Shown in pieces: positions 62,581-64,000 of a stretch of 64,000 bases of DNA. Where the stretch lies: NCBI GenBank assembly GCA_951406725.2, contig OX597819.1, forward strand, positions 94,674,001 to 94,738,000. The letters run 5' to 3'. The notes beneath the pieces are model-generated. The model did not search any database and was not told the origin of the DNA. It saw only the letters and a list, made by a program, of their open reading frames with translations. How positions within the stretch are numbered: position 1 is the first letter of the stretch; every line of letters begins with the position of its first letter. The stretch is from Octopus vulgaris (lineage: Eukaryota). The translations under genes and the position numbers were made by a program.

Positions 62581-63664
62581 ACTGATTGTCAAAAGGTTCC
62601 TGATAGCTTCAGTAATTTGTAATTCTGGGTAACTGTCTAATACCCATAATAATATTTATGGCAATAAATGCCCGTATTTTTTCTACAGTTGTGGGAAACC
62701 ACAGGCTATCTTTTTTTCCAGCTTCTTTACATAGTGCATAATGGTTTGTTTCCGCAGTGATTGCTTCAAACAAGCATGCTGGAAAAAATAATAAGAAAAA
62801 GTCTAATTCGCTTCCTGAGAAAGACTATGGGTAGATACTGGCTCCTCAGAGAAATTCTTAATAAAAACATTTTTAAAGTTTTTGCTCCATTCTGGTGTAA
62901 AATCATCCTAGATGTCGCTGTCACTGCTTTCAGTTTCGGATGCAGAAATATGCGATTCATTTTCGTTCACAACGTGCTTTTGTACCTCATTCATTCTTTT
63001 AAATATATTTGTGTAGGAATTGCCAATTTCTTTCTGCATGCCCTTAGTTACAATTATTAGTGCAGCCTTTGTTTTCCTTCTTTTTTTTTTCTATGCTTCT
63101 CTGCCTGCACTGCCACTGGGGTCGATAAATTAAGTACCAGTTGCTTACTGGAGTTCATCTAATTGATTGGCCCCCACCCCCAAAATTTTGGATCTTGTGC
63201 CTAGAGTAGAAAAAAAAAATTAAAATTGATTTAATCCCTGTTTGTATCTTTCAATAAAACTTGCTTTGAAATTTGTTGCACACCTGCACAACTGTTATAT
63301 AATTTCAACCTCTGCCTGAACTCTATGTGTACTTCCACGGAATGAATGTCACATTTGCTTTTCAAAGTGTAATATCCTGCATTAAAATTGATTTAATCTT
63401 TATCCGTTTGTTTTGTTTTTCCTTTTGTTTACATTGTGTGCATGCCTTGTTATGGGTTATGTTAGGGTTAGAGCTATGGTTTCAAATTGGCATTAGATAG
63501 CATGCTAAAGTGTAAATGGCCACGTATACTGTATGCTAAAGTGACACTAAAGATTTATTGAAACAGTTTACCTATCAGAAATTAAGTCATGAAAGGGTTA
63601 ACAGTGTCAACACACTTCACTTCACATTTCTATATTTCTGAGGGCAATGAAATAAAATACTAGA

Positions 63665-63975
63665 TAAGACCTGTTGAGGCAAGTAAAATCGTTGTGCCCA
63701 ATGTCAGTGCCGCCTGACTGGCACCTGTACTGGTGGCACGTAAAAAGCACCATTCAATCATAGTTGATGCCAGTACTGCCTGACTGGCTCCTGTGCCGGT
63801 GGCACGTAAAAAGCACCCACTACACTCTCAGAGTGGTTGGCATTAGGAAGGGCATCCAGCTGTAGAAACTCTGCCAGATCAAGATTGGAGCCTGGTGCAG
63901 CCATCTGGTTCGCCAGCCCTCAAATTGTCCAACCCATGCCAACATGGAAAGAGATGTTAAATGATGATGATGATG
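63665..63975 (+). mobile_element. RTE 3'UTR fragment
   Basis: Two repeat units, tail consensus and (GAT)n. Confidence 0.85.
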
Positions 63976-64000
63976 AAGTACTGGGTCAATATAGTTGACA

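Larger units (their letters stand above)
57082..63597 (-). mobile_element. Degenerate piggyBac transposon carrying nested insertions
   Basis: TTAA-CCCATTCGTTACT and AGTCATGAAAGGG-TTAA ends; minus-strand remnants WFPTTVEKIRAFIAINIIMG, QYLHVRD, SIDEGMVGYKGR, GLGYDVVWNL, CAFCNVAVCRKGCFTTFH. Confidence 0.85.

Overview
AT-rich eukaryotic DNA with spliceosomal introns. The SINE/RTE repertoire and (AT)n/(GAT)n microsatellites suggest a cephalopod (Octopus-like); this is an inference. Three host genes were assembled by hand. (1) A 3-exon MPST-type rhodanese sulfurtransferase (+, 4406-13265, 289 aa, CGSGVT loop). (2) A 13-coding-exon STRAD pseudokinase, the LKB1 adaptor (-, 16675-33263, 413 aa), convergent with MPST. 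(3) An intronless TEDC1 (+, 48601-49899, 432 aa), probably head-to-head with STRAD. The rest is mostly transposon debris: RTE LINEs and their 3' tails, CR1-like fragments, tRNA-derived SINEs, a mariner, hAT/piggyBac/Merlin MITEs, a solo LTR, and a Merlin/piggyBac/RTE nest at 55.7-63.6 kb. Most notable: a ~300-bp tandem repeat with minimal hammerhead-ribozyme motifs in MPST intron 1; a PHD-type finger inside the RTE reverse transcriptase region; an RTE 3'UTR array of predicted pseudoknots; a cluster of cryptic exons in one STRAD intron; and a locally templated insertion inside an RTE copy.
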